From: a virus
Lineage: Duplodnaviria > Caudoviricetes
Strand: one strand, 5' to 3'
IMG/VR virus record: IMGVR_UViG_3300035182_001315
Length of the DNA: 64,000 bases
Below are positions 30,432 through 40,237 of this stretch, piece after piece. Every line of letters begins with the position of its first letter. The stretch's first letter is position 1. The notes under the pieces are model-generated. The model did no database searches and had not been told where the DNA came from. It saw only the letters and a list, made by a program, of their open reading frames with translations. The position numbers and the translations under genes were made by a program.

Positions 30432-31163
30432 TTACGCTACTACATACTTGATGCCATCAATAACCAACCATTTGATTTCGTTGATGTTAACCTTTCTCAG
30501 GTTCTTGCCCTTTCCTTCTGGGTCTTCGATGTCCATGTCTATAACATCGTAGAAACCGTTGGTAGAGGCGAACTGTACCTTGTAACCTCTTAAAACTCTT
30601 TCTTCACCCTTCTCGATTTCGTTGATTGGGTTTTCCTGTACGAACTTGAATGCATCCTGCATGGTTACGTCACCGGCAGAAATCTTAGCCAAAGCGTCAG
30701 CAATTTGCTTGTCTTTAGCTGCGTTGAATGCTTTCTTGGTAAGAGCCTTGCCCTTCTTGTCGAAACATACTGAGAAAACCTTGGTAGTGTGGATGTCAGA
30801 CCAAATGCTTCTGATACCCTTAAGCTTAAGGTCGCCTTCTCTTAATTCGCCGATGTCTTCACCCTTCTTCTTCAAATCCTCAAGTTGCTTGGCTGTCCAG
30901 AACTTGTCATCAACTCCAACCTCGACTTCAGCTGTTTCGTCGTAAAGGTCCGCTGTTGTAAGTAATTCTGAAACATAATGGCCGTCAAGCTGAATGACCT
31001 TGCCAGATTCTAAATGCTTGAACTCATAAGCCTTGCCGTTTAATCCTAAGAAAACGTAATGGCTTTCTTCGCTGAATACGAAGCCTGCTTCGATTGACTT
31101 CAGGTCAATTGGTAATTTTGTTGCTGTTGTTTGTGCTTTCGCTTGGGTTGTTGTTGTTCTCAT
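30432..31163 (-). CDS. hypothetical protein
   Basis: 243-aa ORF followed by hairpin GGCTCC/GGAGCC at about 30387-30404. Confidence 0.65.
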   Translation of the reverse strand: MRTTTTQAKAQTTATKLPIDLKSIEAGFVFSEESHYVFLGLNGKAYEFKHLESGKVIQLDGHYVSELLTTADLYDETAEVEVGVDDKFWTAKQLEDLKKKGEDIGELREGDLKLKGIRSIWSDIHTTKVFSVCFDKKGKALTKKAFNAAKDKQIADALAKISAGDVTMQDAFKFVQENPINEIEKGEERVLRGYKVQFASTNGFYDVIDMDIEDPEGKGKNLRKVNINEIKWLVIDGIKYVVA

Positions 31164-31192
31164 ATTAATTGTTGGTTTTTACGTGGGTTGGA

Positions 31193-31942
31193 TTATTTTG
31201 TTTCTTCCTCTTCAGTTCTTAAAAGAGTCTTTGTGTAGAATGCTTCTTTTACATCCTCACCCAAAGAAACTGACTTAGAATACATTGCTCTTGCTCTTAC
31301 AGTTGTGTCGAAAGCTGCCTTTACGGTTGATGCTGTGTTGGCATGAACCATCGTGTTGCTGGCCTTAAGGCTAAGCGTGTTGATAGCATAGTTAACTTCA
31401 GTCTGAGTACCTACGAATGTTGTAGTGAAGCCCTTATCTTCAAGGTCAAGAATTAACTTGCCAAGATAAGCAGCGCCGGGAGCACCCTTGTACTTGCCTT
31501 GTGATTCGTTTTCGCCACCATCAGTGAATACATTCACCAAGACTTTATCATCAACGCTGTAGTTGGTTGCACGTAAATCCAATACGGCTTCAAGTGTTTC
31601 ACCAACCGCTTGGTTTAATGGAGTCAAGCCGCCAGTACCCATACCCTTATAAGAAGAAGGGATAGTGCTGGTGATTGGAAGTCTTGTTACAATGTTGCGT
31701 CCTTCGAACTCAACAATCATAACTGTGTTTTCAGAGTCAGTGTCATTTTTAATTCCGTAAAGAAGCTCATTCAAACCGCCGATAGCAATACTGTATTTGC
31801 GATTAGAGTCCATAGACCCAGATGCGTCAATAATAAAGATGTTGTGAATACGTGGCTTTCTGCCGTTTGTAATGGTAGTAGTTGTAGTGGTAGTTGTTAC
31901 AATAGTGATGTTTGGGTTACGATTTACGATTACTTTTTTCAT
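31193..31942 (-). CDS. von Willebrand factor A (MIDAS) domain protein
   Basis: IFIIDASGSM (DxSxS), GLTPLNQAV, VNVFTDGGEN. Confidence 0.85.
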   Translation of the reverse strand: MKKVIVNRNPNITIVTTTTTTTTITNGRKPRIHNIFIIDASGSMDSNRKYSIAIGGLNELLYGIKNDTDSENTVMIVEFEGRNIVTRLPITSTIPSSYKGMGTGGLTPLNQAVGETLEAVLDLRATNYSVDDKVLVNVFTDGGENESQGKYKGAPGAAYLGKLILDLEDKGFTTTFVGTQTEVNYAINTLSLKASNTMVHANTASTVKAAFDTTVRARAMYSKSVSLGEDVKEAFYTKTLLRTEEEETK

Positions 31943-31979
31943 GGTTATTGGATTTTGATAAAGATACGAAATTAAATAA

Positions 31980-32027
31980 AAAAATCAAGTCTTTTCATAA
32001 AATATTTTATGAAAAAACTTGATTTTT
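31980..32027. repeat. 48-bp near-perfect palindrome in the promoter region of the vWA gene
   Basis: AAAAATCAAGT-C-TTTTCATAAAA-TA-TTTTATGAAAA-A-ACTTGATTTTT, one mismatch. Confidence 0.85.
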
Positions 32028-32046
32028 ACTATTAAATTCGCACTTT

Positions 32047-32439
32047 TTACCCTTTCTGGTTGTTGCTTTTGGCAAGCTCCCTGATAATCATTTCGGCGGT
32101 AGAAACGTTCGTTGCCAGAGGGACATTATGAACATTACAAATACGCAAAAGCATATTTACATCGACTTGGTGAGGATGTACATCCAATGGGTCGATAAGG
32201 AAAATAACACACAATAATTTTTTCTCCACAGCCATGGTCGCTATTTGAGCATCACCACCATGTGGGCCGGATTGAAGGAGTTGTACATTCAGACCAGCAT
32301 TGGCGATAAGCTTGCCGGTAGTTCCGGTTGCAACAATGTTGTAATTTGCGAGAACAGATACGTTCTTCATGGCCAAGGCAACCATCTCTGGTTTCTTGCC
32401 GTCATGGGCGATAAGTGCTATGCTTCTTTCTTCTATCAT
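32047..32439 (-). CDS. mgsA: methylglyoxal synthase
   Basis: IALIAHDGKK, ATGTTG, SGPHGGDAQI, DPLD.HPH.VDV, PLATN. Confidence 0.92.
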   Translation of the reverse strand: MIEERSIALIAHDGKKPEMVALAMKNVSVLANYNIVATGTTGKLIANAGLNVQLLQSGPHGGDAQIATMAVEKKLLCVIFLIDPLDVHPHQVDVNMLLRICNVHNVPLATNVSTAEMIIRELAKSNNQKG

Positions 32440-32497
32440 TTCTTTGCGTTTAAATCTGTATAGTGAATACCACATCCCAAACAAATGTAGTAGCTAT

Positions 32498-32743
32498 TCA
32501 CAATGTATGAATTGTAGCTGGGGCCAAGGACTCCGTTGTCTTCCGTCTGTTGAAAAAATTTCTTATCAGTTGCTTGACAAAGAGGACAACACATCGCTTC
32601 AACCTGTTCATCTCAAGAACTGCTTCCTGAGCCAAACGAATTTCTTCCAGCTCTCCCAACAATTCAACTGATTCGGTATCACAAACGGAGACGAGATTCA
32701 TTATTAGCAGCATCAGCCGCTTGTTCTTTTCTGTTTCGGTCAT
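32498..32743 (-). CDS. hypothetical protein
   Basis: 81-aa ORF between thyA and mgsA. Confidence 0.45.
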   Translation of the reverse strand: MTETEKNKRLMLLIMNLVSVCDTESVELLGELEEIRLAQEAVLEMNRLKRCVVLFVKQLIRNFFNRRKTTESLAPATIHTL

Positions 32744-32744
32744 G

Positions 32745-33851
32745 TTAATTGCTTAAGGCTGCTTCAATCTTATCATGTGATTGGTAATCCACCAATTCAA
32801 AATCCGATATCTGGAAGGTTGAAAGGATTGGAGCACCTTCAACAACCGCTGGCTTTTTGATGTTTACCGTTGGTAACTTAAACGGAGAACGATTCAATTG
32901 AACAAAGGCTTGGTCGATATGGTTTTGGTACAAGTGAGTATCACCAAGGTTACCAATAAGCTCTCTCGGAATCATGTTTACTTCCTGCGCAAGGATAAGC
33001 AACAATAAACCATAAGAAGCAATATTGAACGGAAGACCCAAGAAGGTATCAACACTGCGCTGATTCCACATAAGTGAAATAGTCTTATGCGGAGCGTGAT
33101 AAGTATCACAAATCTCATGCATACGAATGTTCGCCTCAGCTTGTTCTTCAGGTGTTTCTGGCTCCGGCCCAACGCCGAAATCAAATGGGTCAAACAAAGG
33201 GTTCTTTAATACAAAGTCAATTCTTTCACCCAGCGTAGCATCACGAGTGTAAAGTTGGAAACCATAATGACAAGGTGGTAACGTCATGAACGGAACTTCA
33301 TCAACCTTCCAAGCGTTCACCATAAGTCGGCGACTATTTGGGTTGGTCTTCAGGTCGTTCACAAGTTCAGCAATTTGGTCGATAACCAAATGGTTAGATT
33401 CCCACTCACGCCATTGCTTTCCGTAGGTCGGCCCCAGCTCCCCATAAATATTAGCAAAGTCATTGTCAGACTTTATCTTCTCAGCAAATTCCTTTGGAGT
33501 TAACGGAGTGTCATAGGTTGGTTCTTTATCCTGCCATGGCTGCGGAGTTGTTGGCTTTAGGTTAAGAGTACCCAGATACTTTTTATATGCATCACCGTTC
33601 CAGATGTTGCAATTGTTATCAACAAGGTACTTGATGTTTGTACCGCCTTGAAGGAACCAGATAAGTTCTGTAACAACAGATTTGAAGTGAATCTTCTTGG
33701 TTGTAAGCAAGGGAAATCCTCTGCTCATGTTATGACGGATGGTGTGACCAAAGATTGAAATTGTACCAGTGCCGGTACGGTCACCTTTCTTTGTGCCATC
33801 AATGATAATCTTGTTCAGAAGAAGTTGATAATTTAAGTCGAGTGTATTCAT
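32745..33851 (-). CDS. thyA: thymidylate synthase
   Basis: DRTGTGT, FPLLTTKK, LPPCH (catalytic Cys), QRSVDTFLGLPFNIASY, GDTHLY.NH. Confidence 0.97.
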   Translation of the reverse strand: MNTLDLNYQLLLNKIIIDGTKKGDRTGTGTISIFGHTIRHNMSRGFPLLTTKKIHFKSVVTELIWFLQGGTNIKYLVDNNCNIWNGDAYKKYLGTLNLKPTTPQPWQDKEPTYDTPLTPKEFAEKIKSDNDFANIYGELGPTYGKQWREWESNHLVIDQIAELVNDLKTNPNSRRLMVNAWKVDEVPFMTLPPCHYGFQLYTRDATLGERIDFVLKNPLFDPFDFGVGPEPETPEEQAEANIRMHEICDTYHAPHKTISLMWNQRSVDTFLGLPFNIASYGLLLLILAQEVNMIPRELIGNLGDTHLYQNHIDQAFVQLNRSPFKLPTVNIKKPAVVEGAPILSTFQISDFELVDYQSHDKIEAALSN

Positions 33852-33862
33852 AATATGAAATT

Positions 33863-34238
33863 TTACCAGCCGTTATTTTTTTTAGGCTTAGGGTTAGCGT
33901 TGAAGAATAATTTCTGAAACCAGTTACGACTCATCAGTCTTATGCTCATGTCATTGAACTTTGTTTTAGCCTTGTACCTCAAGTCTCTTTCCTGATGAAC
34001 TTCTGTTCTGCTGTTGGATACAGATTCAGAAAGTGCTTTGTTAGCCTTTGTCAATTCAGTAATCATTTGGTCGTTAGAATAAATAACGAAGTTTTGTCTG
34101 CCGTAGCCGTCAAGCAATAAGCATTTCTTTTCTTCGGAAGCTTCAAGAAAAGCATTATAACTCTTTGCAAGTGCTTGGTATTCGTGATAAGGAATGATGA
34201 GCGTTTTTTTCAGCTGGCATCGGTAGTGATTGTGACAT
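33863..34238 (-). pseudogene. hypothetical protein interrupted by one extra A in an A7 run (34204-34210)
   Basis: ATG 4 nt after upstream stop gives MSQSLPMPAEK; the long frame KTLIIPYHEYQAL... is offset by one base. Confidence 0.5.
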
Positions 34239-34242
34239 GGTT

Positions 34243-34773
34243 TTATTTTTTATAGTTAACAATTATTATTTCGCAATCTTTTAATTCTCTCTGAATAACA
34301 ACCTTTATTTCTTCCCAGTTACCACCAGCCAAGCCAGCACCAATTCTTGGAAGACCAATAACCTTACCCTTAAAGATATGATTCATCTTTCTTAAACAAA
34401 GAGTCAACGCATCAATATCAAATGGTTTCTTATCACCATCAGCATGGTTTGAACCATAACGATATTGGGTATAAGCATTTACCACGTAGAATAATTTTCC
34501 ACCGGCTGGCGGTGCTTCGGAATCCCAGCCGTATGTTGTTTTGCCATTCGGCATAATAAGAATTTTTCCGTACTCAATAGAACCAAGCTTGTTGATATCA
34601 CCCTTGAACTCCATCCTTTCGTAATGGAAATAGTTACAACGAAATGCTGTTGCCATTTGCGGAGCGATACCAGCACCCATGGCACAAAAACAATTACAGC
34701 CGTGGGCGATAACATCGAAGGTTCCTTCCTTGGCAAGACTTATCAGGTCGCCATCAATTTCTTTATAGGACAT
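34243..34773 (-). CDS. macrodomain (ADP-ribose binding/processing) protein
   Basis: GDLI, IAHGCNC...MGAGIA, VVNAYTQY, IGLPRIGAGLAGGNW. Confidence 0.9.
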   Translation of the reverse strand: MSYKEIDGDLISLAKEGTFDVIAHGCNCFCAMGAGIAPQMATAFRCNYFHYERMEFKGDINKLGSIEYGKILIMPNGKTTYGWDSEAPPAGGKLFYVVNAYTQYRYGSNHADGDKKPFDIDALTLCLRKMNHIFKGKVIGLPRIGAGLAGGNWEEIKVVIQRELKDCEIIIVNYKK

Positions 34774-34775
34774 TG

Positions 34776-35375
34776 TTATATTGTGTTAAATCTGTTTTTA
34801 AATGTTGCTTCGTCTCGAATATCAGTACCATCAACATCTCTGTAAAGCCATCCCTTTGGTGCCAATATAAGAGCTGGGATGTTTAATTTGATTGCTGCCT
34901 TTATACCAGCCTCATCAAACCCACTTTGTCCACCGCTTCTTATCAATTCAATCTTGGTCAGTAACTTTGGTGAACATAAAATGTGATTGAGAACACCATA
35001 TGTCATCTTATCAACTTCTTGTTGGGTAAACCTTCCCTTCATTGTGTAAAGACCATTCCCAGCAATGTTAAGCGTCTTGGCCTTGCAATCATTCAATGCA
35101 TGAATAGCAGCTTCAAGCTGAAGAATGGAATTGATATCATGAACATCGATTGGGATGTATTTATTGCCTTGTTCGATTACAGACGTTTTGGTCAATACTT
35201 CCCCACCCGTTGAGAAATCAACGGCGAATGCTATGGTAGCATCAGCACTGGCATTCTTGATTGTTCTTATCTTATAGCCATGAGATTGCTCTTCCTCGAA
35301 ATCAACCATACTCTGTTGTTTAGCGTATTTTTGAATCAAAGAATTCACAAATGATAATCTTGATTTATTACTCAT
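34776..35375 (-). CDS. SLOG/YpsA-related protein
   Basis: RT..NASADATIAF, LNIAGNG, RSGGQSGFDEAG...APKGW. Confidence 0.65.
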   Translation of the reverse strand: MSNKSRLSFVNSLIQKYAKQQSMVDFEEEQSHGYKIRTIKNASADATIAFAVDFSTGGEVLTKTSVIEQGNKYIPIDVHDINSILQLEAAIHALNDCKAKTLNIAGNGLYTMKGRFTQQEVDKMTYGVLNHILCSPKLLTKIELIRSGGQSGFDEAGIKAAIKLNIPALILAPKGWLYRDVDGTDIRDEATFKNRFNTI

Positions 35376-35587
35376 TAGGAAGCCAGTAGTTTTTCTAATT
35401 CACCTTCCTTGGTAATGATTTCAACAAGCGTCTCAACCTTTGATGACCTGAAGAAAATTGATTCTTCTCTTTTACCACTGAAGAATGCCAATTGGGTATC
35501 CCTGTCGATGATGTACCACAAATTTTCATAAGGGTTAAACCAGAAGATGAAATTGTAAAGCTGTTCCTTGTTTTTCAGTTGTTCCAT
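35375..35587 (-). CDS. hypothetical protein
   Basis: 70-aa ORF coupled to neighbours. Confidence 0.55.
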   Translation of the reverse strand: MEQLKNKEQLYNFIFWFNPYENLWYIIDRDTQLAFFSGKREESIFFRSSKVETLVEIITKEGELEKLLAS

Positions 35588-35589
35588 AG

Positions 35590-36039
35590 TTACAGTTTGT
35601 TTTTAAGTTCAAAATACTTTTCGATGTCTTTCTTTATTTCCTCAGCTTTCTTACCGAAGACATCAATAGACAGGTCAGCACTCTTATCGGTGATGTATGT
35701 CATGTCGGTAATGATTTTTTTAACCAGCGCATCAACCAATGCCTTAGCATCATCATCCTTGGTTTTGTTAACTTCTTCAATGATGAGTTCAGGGTTTATG
35801 GCATCCAGCTTTGTTGTTAGATATTTCTTGATGTGTGAAGAGAATACAGCACCTTGACTGTCGGCGATTTCAAATCTGAAGTAATCAGCCTTTGAAACAC
35901 CGGCGTATTTGTATTGAGTACCGGCCTTAAATATGATTGTAAGGTCTTGGGTAACCGTATCGTAGGTTGAAGCCAAGATGTTGGATGATTCATAAATCAC
36001 CTTAATCTTCCCGTCTTTCTCTTTTCTTTTTAACAGCAT
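35590..36039 (-). CDS. KTSC domain protein
   Basis: SSNI....YD...QDL.I.FK.G.QY.Y.GV....Y..F..A.SQG..F...IK. Confidence 0.8.
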   Translation of the reverse strand: MLLKRKEKDGKIKVIYESSNILASTYDTVTQDLTIIFKAGTQYKYAGVSKADYFRFEIADSQGAVFSSHIKKYLTTKLDAINPELIIEEVNKTKDDDAKALVDALVKKIITDMTYITDKSADLSIDVFGKKAEEIKKDIEKYFELKNKL

Positions 36040-36053
36040 AGGATATATTGTTT

Positions 36054-36287
36054 TTAGATTGTGTGTGTTCTGTAAGAATCTACCTGATTCAGGTTAAAGA
36101 TTTTTCCAGTACTACTTATTGAGCTGTTTTTTTCATCACGCTCATCAACGATGACTACAATATAATCACCAGTTATCATAAGTCCACAGTCTTCGAACTT
36201 AAGTAGCTCAATATTAGGTATATCTGAATTATCAGAAGGTCTTTTTAATAGCAGTTCGACTCTGCCGAATTTTGGAACAGTATTCAT
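36054..36287 (-). CDS. hypothetical protein
   Basis: 77-aa ORF. Confidence 0.55.
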   Translation of the reverse strand: MNTVPKFGRVELLLKRPSDNSDIPNIELLKFEDCGLMITGDYIVVIVDERDEKNSSISSTGKIFNLNQVDSYRTHTI

Positions 36288-36371
36288 TTTTGAGGATAAA
36301 TTTATATATTATTGGTAAAGCTACGAATATTTATCTTTGGAGTCAAGTTGACAACTTAAATAAAATCATAG

Positions 36372-36379
36372 TATCTTTG
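36372..36379 (+). promoter_or_regulatory. Bacteroidota-type -7 promoter element for the Clp ATPase gene
   Basis: TATCTTTG matches TAnnTTTG, 14 nt before the ATG. Confidence 0.65.
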
Positions 36380-36393
36380 CTAAACCAAACAAT

Positions 36394-38925
36394 ATGAACA
36401 TAGAAACAAGCCCAAAGGTCAAAGCAATTATGGCCAAAGCAAATAAAGAAGCAAAGTCGTTTGATGATATTAAAATCAGACCAGAGCATATTCTACTTTC
36501 TATACTTAATGACGATGATAATCTGTGTGTTACAATATTAAAAACACTTCAGGTAGATATCACCGACCTTCATGATAAGCTATCTGATAATCTGCGTAAA
36601 ACAGATTTAACCCCAAGAGTTTCAAGAGCTGGAAAAGAAAAGCTTCCGTTTTCGGATGAATCTCAGAAGGTAATGAAAAATTTGGATGCTGAATGCAAGA
36701 ACTTTAATGACAGAATGATTGACACAACCCATGTTATTCTTTCAATCCTTGCTAATAAAACACCTTCAACAACCTTACTTAGCGAAGTAGGTGTAACTTA
36801 CAAAACTTTTAAATCAGCTATGTTAGACATCAACGGAACAAACACAGACCCAAAGAGCGAACATTTCGAAGAAAATGAAGATTTTCCAGAAACCCCAGAA
36901 CCAGCAAAAAGAAACAAAAAAGTGAAAGAAGCATCAAAAACTCCAGTCCTTGACAACTTCTGTCGTGATATCAGCAAGGCAGTTGAACGTGGCGAAATTG
37001 ACCCAGTTGTTGGCCGTGCCAAAGAAATCAAAAGAATGGCCCAAATTCTTTCCAGAAGAAAGAAGAATAATCCAGTTCTTATCGGTGAGCCGGGAGTGGG
37101 CAAAACAGCTATCGTTGAAGGCTTGGCCCAGATGATTTATGATGGCAACGCCCCAAGACCTCTTATTGGTAAAAGAATCGTTGCTTTGGACCTTGCAGTA
37201 TTGGTTGCCGGTACCAAATACCGTGGCCAGTTTGAAGAAAGAATGAAAGCCGTATTACAGGAATGTAAGGCTAACCCAGATGTTGTTCTCTTCATTGATG
37301 AACTTCATACAATTATGGGTGCCGGTAACGCATCAGGTTCATTGGACGCATCAAACATCTTCAAGCCACCTTTGGCTCGTGGAGAACTTCAGGTTATCGG
37401 TGCAACAACACTTGATGAATTCAGAGAATCTATTGAAAAAGACGGTGCTCTTAACAGAAGATTCATTCAGGTATTGGTTGAAGAACCAACCGTGGAAGAA
37501 ACCATCATTGTCCTTAAGAACATAAAGTCCAAATACGAAGCTCACCACAAGGTGACATATACCGATGAGGCTATCGAAGAGTGCGCAAGACTTGCTCACA
37601 GATACATCACGGACAAATTTTTACCAGACAAGGCCATCGATGTTATGGATGAGGCCGGTGCTGCAACAAACATTGAGTTTGAAAAGCCGCAAATCATAAA
37701 GGACCTTCAAGCAAAGAGAGATATTATCCTTTCCAAGAAAAAGGATGTTGTCAACAAACAGAAGTACGAAGAAGCCGCTATGCTCAGAGATGAGGAAAGA
37801 AAGGTTGAAGAACAATTGAAGGCCGAGCTGAAGGAACTTAATGCAAAGCTCGACAAAAAAATTACTCCAGTTGGTGTTGAGAATATCGCTGAAATCGTGT
37901 CAATGATGACAGGTATTCCACTTACAAAGGTTTCAAGCCAAGAAAGCAAGAGACTGAAGAATCTGGATAAAGAACTTCAAGGCAAGGTTATCGGTCAGGA
38001 CGAAGCGATTACAAAGGTTGTTAAGGCAATCAGAAGAAATCGTGTTGGTATTACCGACAAGAACAAGCCAATGGGCTCATTTATCTTCCTTGGCCCTACA
38101 GGTGTGGGAAAAACAGAACTTGCAAAGCTTTTGGCAAAGCAAGTGTTCGGTGACGAAGAAGCAATGATTCGTATCGATATGAGTGAATACATGGAGAAGT
38201 TCTCCATAAGCAGACTTATCGGTGCGCCTCCGGGCTACGTGGGTTATGATGAAGGTGGCCAGCTTACCGAAAAGGTAAGAAGAAAGCCTTATTCCTTGGT
38301 TCTTTTGGATGAAATCGAAAAGGCTCATGAAGATGTTTATAACCTTCTGTTGCAAATTTTGGAAGACGGTCACTTAACTGACGGTCTGGGTAGAAAGGTA
38401 AACTTCAAGAATACCCTTATCATCATGACATCGAACATCGGTACCGCTGAATTGGCTGCAATTGGTAGCTCAGTTGGTTTCCAAACGCTCGTTAGTGGTG
38501 CTCAGGACCTTTCAAGAGAAAAGGCTGTTATCGACAAGGCATTGAAGAAGAAGTTCAGACCAGAATTCTTGAACCGTCTGGATGATGCAATTGCCTTCAA
38601 CCACTTGACTCAGGAAGACATGCACAAGATTATTTACATGGAATTGGATAAGGTTCATGCAAGGCTCAAGGAACAAGGTTACAAGTTGACCATTTCTGAA
38701 GATGCCGTTAAGCATTTGGCCGTGGAAGGATACAGCAACGAATTCGGCGCAAGGCCGCTGAAGCGTGTTCTTCAGAAGCAGATTGAAGACCCTGTGGCTG
38801 ATAATATCTTGGACGAAAGCCTTGTAAAGGGTGGAACGATTAAGATAGGATTCGACAAAACAGAGAAAGTCATAACGGTGAAAGTCACCGGCGTTTCGAA
38901 AGAAGCGAAAGAAGCGGTAGAATAA
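36394..38925 (+). CDS. clpC: ClpB/ClpC-family AAA+ chaperone (Hsp100)
   Basis: Clp N-domain, two AAA modules ([13 protein letters not shown]; [17 protein letters not shown]), UVR-like middle coil, FGARPLKR. Confidence 0.9.
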   Translation: MNIETSPKVKAIMAKANKEAKSFDDIKIRPEHILLSILNDDDNLCVTILKTLQVDITDLHDKLSDNLRKTDLTPRVSRAGKEKLPFSDESQKVMKNLDAECKNFNDRMIDTTHVILSILANKTPSTTLLSEVGVTYKTFKSAMLDINGTNTDPKSEHFEENEDFPETPEPAKRNKKVKEASKTPVLDNFCRDISKAVERGEIDPVVGRAKEIKRMAQILSRRKKNNPVLIGEPGVGKTAIVEGLAQMIYDGNAPRPLIGKRIVALDLAVLVAGTKYRGQFEERMKAVLQECKANPDVVLFIDELHTIMGAGNASGSLDASNIFKPPLARGELQVIGATTLDEFRESIEKDGALNRRFIQVLVEEPTVEETIIVLKNIKSKYEAHHKVTYTDEAIEECARLAHRYITDKFLPDKAIDVMDEAGAATNIEFEKPQIIKDLQAKRDIILSKKKDVVNKQKYEEAAMLRDEERKVEEQLKAELKELNAKLDKKITPVGVENIAEIVSMMTGIPLTKVSSQESKRLKNLDKELQGKVIGQDEAITKVVKAIRRNRVGITDKNKPMGSFIFLGPTGVGKTELAKLLAKQVFGDEEAMIRIDMSEYMEKFSISRLIGAPPGYVGYDEGGQLTEKVRRKPYSLVLLDEIEKAHEDVYNLLLQILEDGHLTDGLGRKVNFKNTLIIMTSNIGTAELAAIGSSVGFQTLVSGAQDLSREKAVIDKALKKKFRPEFLNRLDDAIAFNHLTQEDMHKIIYMELDKVHARLKEQGYKLTISEDAVKHLAVEGYSNEFGARPLKRVLQKQIEDPVADNILDESLVKGGTIKIGFDKTEKVITVKVTGVSKEAKEAVE

Positions 38926-38930
38926 ATTTA

Positions 38931-38956
38931 AAACCCCACTTTTTGTGGGGTTTTTT
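38931..38956 (+). terminator. intrinsic terminator
   Basis: AAACCCCAC-loop-GTGGGGTTT followed by a T run. Confidence 0.8.
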
Positions 38957-38970
38957 GATATTTATTGGAT

Positions 38971-39372
38971 ATGAAAGGGTTAATTAAACATTTACTAAGA
39001 GAAGGACTATTTGACGCTGATTCAGAAAAGCAAAAGGCTTTATTGGATAAGTTTGTTGAATTTGCATGCGATTTCTTAAAGATTCCTAAATCCAAGGTTA
39101 TCTTAAGGTTCGACCGTGATGGACTTACAACAACCGCTGCTTATGGCAACGGCGAAACTCAAGTCTATGCGAAGGACCGTGCTATTGTTGACATCATGCG
39201 CTCCATTGCCCATGAATTAACCCATAACAAACAGGATGTTGAAAAGAGACTTCAACAAGATAAACACGAAACTCAAAATGCTGCCGGTTCACCAATCGAA
39301 AATGAGGCGAACGCTACTGCCGGTGTGATAATGAGAAAGTTCGGTGAAATGTATCCAATAATTTATCAATAA
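38971..39372 (+). CDS. HExxH zincin-like protein with MKGLIKHLLRE leader
   Basis: IMRSIAHELTHNKQ followed by ENEANA; ATATTTAT 5 nt upstream. Confidence 0.65.
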   Translation: MKGLIKHLLREGLFDADSEKQKALLDKFVEFACDFLKIPKSKVILRFDRDGLTTTAAYGNGETQVYAKDRAIVDIMRSIAHELTHNKQDVEKRLQQDKHETQNAAGSPIENEANATAGVIMRKFGEMYPIIYQ

Positions 39373-39675
39373 ATGAAACTCGAAGAACTTTTAGAAAGAG
39401 CCAAGGACCTTATCCTGAACGGAACAATCAAAGGCTACACTTCCCAAATGTTTGAGGAAGCTGTAAAGAACGACCCTGTTCTATTCGCAGAATTATTGGA
39501 TGAAGTCGGCCAGCAAGTAAAGGATTCAGATAGCCACAAGCAAACCGTAAGCATTTACGGCGAAGAACTCTCCGGCGTGGCCCTTGCATTCCATATGCTG
39601 AAGGTCGCAGAAGAACAAGGGATACAGGAAAATTTTATCAGAAGCCTTGTCTACAAAAAATTAAGAATCCTTTAA
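39373..39675 (+). CDS. hypothetical protein
   Basis: 100-aa ORF abutting upstream stop. Confidence 0.55.
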   Translation: MKLEELLERAKDLILNGTIKGYTSQMFEEAVKNDPVLFAELLDEVGQQVKDSDSHKQTVSIYGEELSGVALAFHMLKVAEEQGIQENFIRSLVYKKLRIL

Positions 39676-39757
39676 CCCAACATATTCATGGCTGAAACAA
39701 ATCCTTTTGTTGTCAGTGTAATGACCATTGTGAATATTCTTGTGAGTAACATCAATT
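39661..39757 (-). pseudogene. orphan diverged copy of the GNAT gene 3' end
   Basis: RIDVTHKNIHNGHYTDNKRICFSHEYVG versus RTDVTHKNVFNNHYTDNKRLCGSFEYIG in the gene just upstream. Confidence 0.8.
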
Positions 39758-40237
39758 CTAAATTCTATTTTCGCCGATGTACTCAAAACTACCACATAAT
39801 CGCTTATTGTCTGTATAGTGATTATTAAAAACATTTTTATGGGTAACATCGGTTCTTAATTTCTTATGTTTATTAGTTGGTTTCCATAGTGGGGATTTTT
39901 CACGATAATCTATCATGCGTGGGTGTGCTGTACGTGAGAAGTACCTGTGGCCCTGTTCCAGATGGATTTGCGCCAGTGCATCCGAAAACCTAACACCAAT
40001 ACCCAATCCTTGAAAGTCAGGCAGGATAACCGTCCTGTGACCTCTCCAGCCATTCTTGAAATACGGGTTCGGCATCGACATGGTTGCACCAAACGCCACA
40101 ATCTCATCCTGCCAGATTCCTACATAACATCTGGCGACATTATTGATATCACCACTTAGATAATGATGGTTCTTAAACATGGGCCATATATGATAGCTCG
40201 CTCTGTATACTTCAATCCTGATTTCTGGGCGGACAAA
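39758..40237 (-). CDS. GNAT acetyltransferase domain, -1 frame continuation of the ABC ATPase
   Basis: WPMFKNHHYL, HRTVILPDFQGLGIG (acetyl-CoA binding QGxGIG), YFSRTAHP. Confidence 0.8.
   Translation of the reverse strand, partial: FVRPEIRIEVYRASYHIWPMFKNHHYLSGDINNVARCYVGIWQDEIVAFGATMSMPNPYFKNGWRGHRTVILPDFQGLGIGVRFSDALAQIHLEQGHRYFSRTAHPRMIDYREKSPLWKPTNKHKKLRTDVTHKNVFNNHYTDNKRLCGSFEYIGENRI

Noticed and set aside
39661-39860. Diversity-generating retroelement template/variable repeat pair (also considered for 45960-46563)
   Set aside because: Differences are mostly synonymous and involve all bases, not adenine-specific; no reverse transcriptase in the window.
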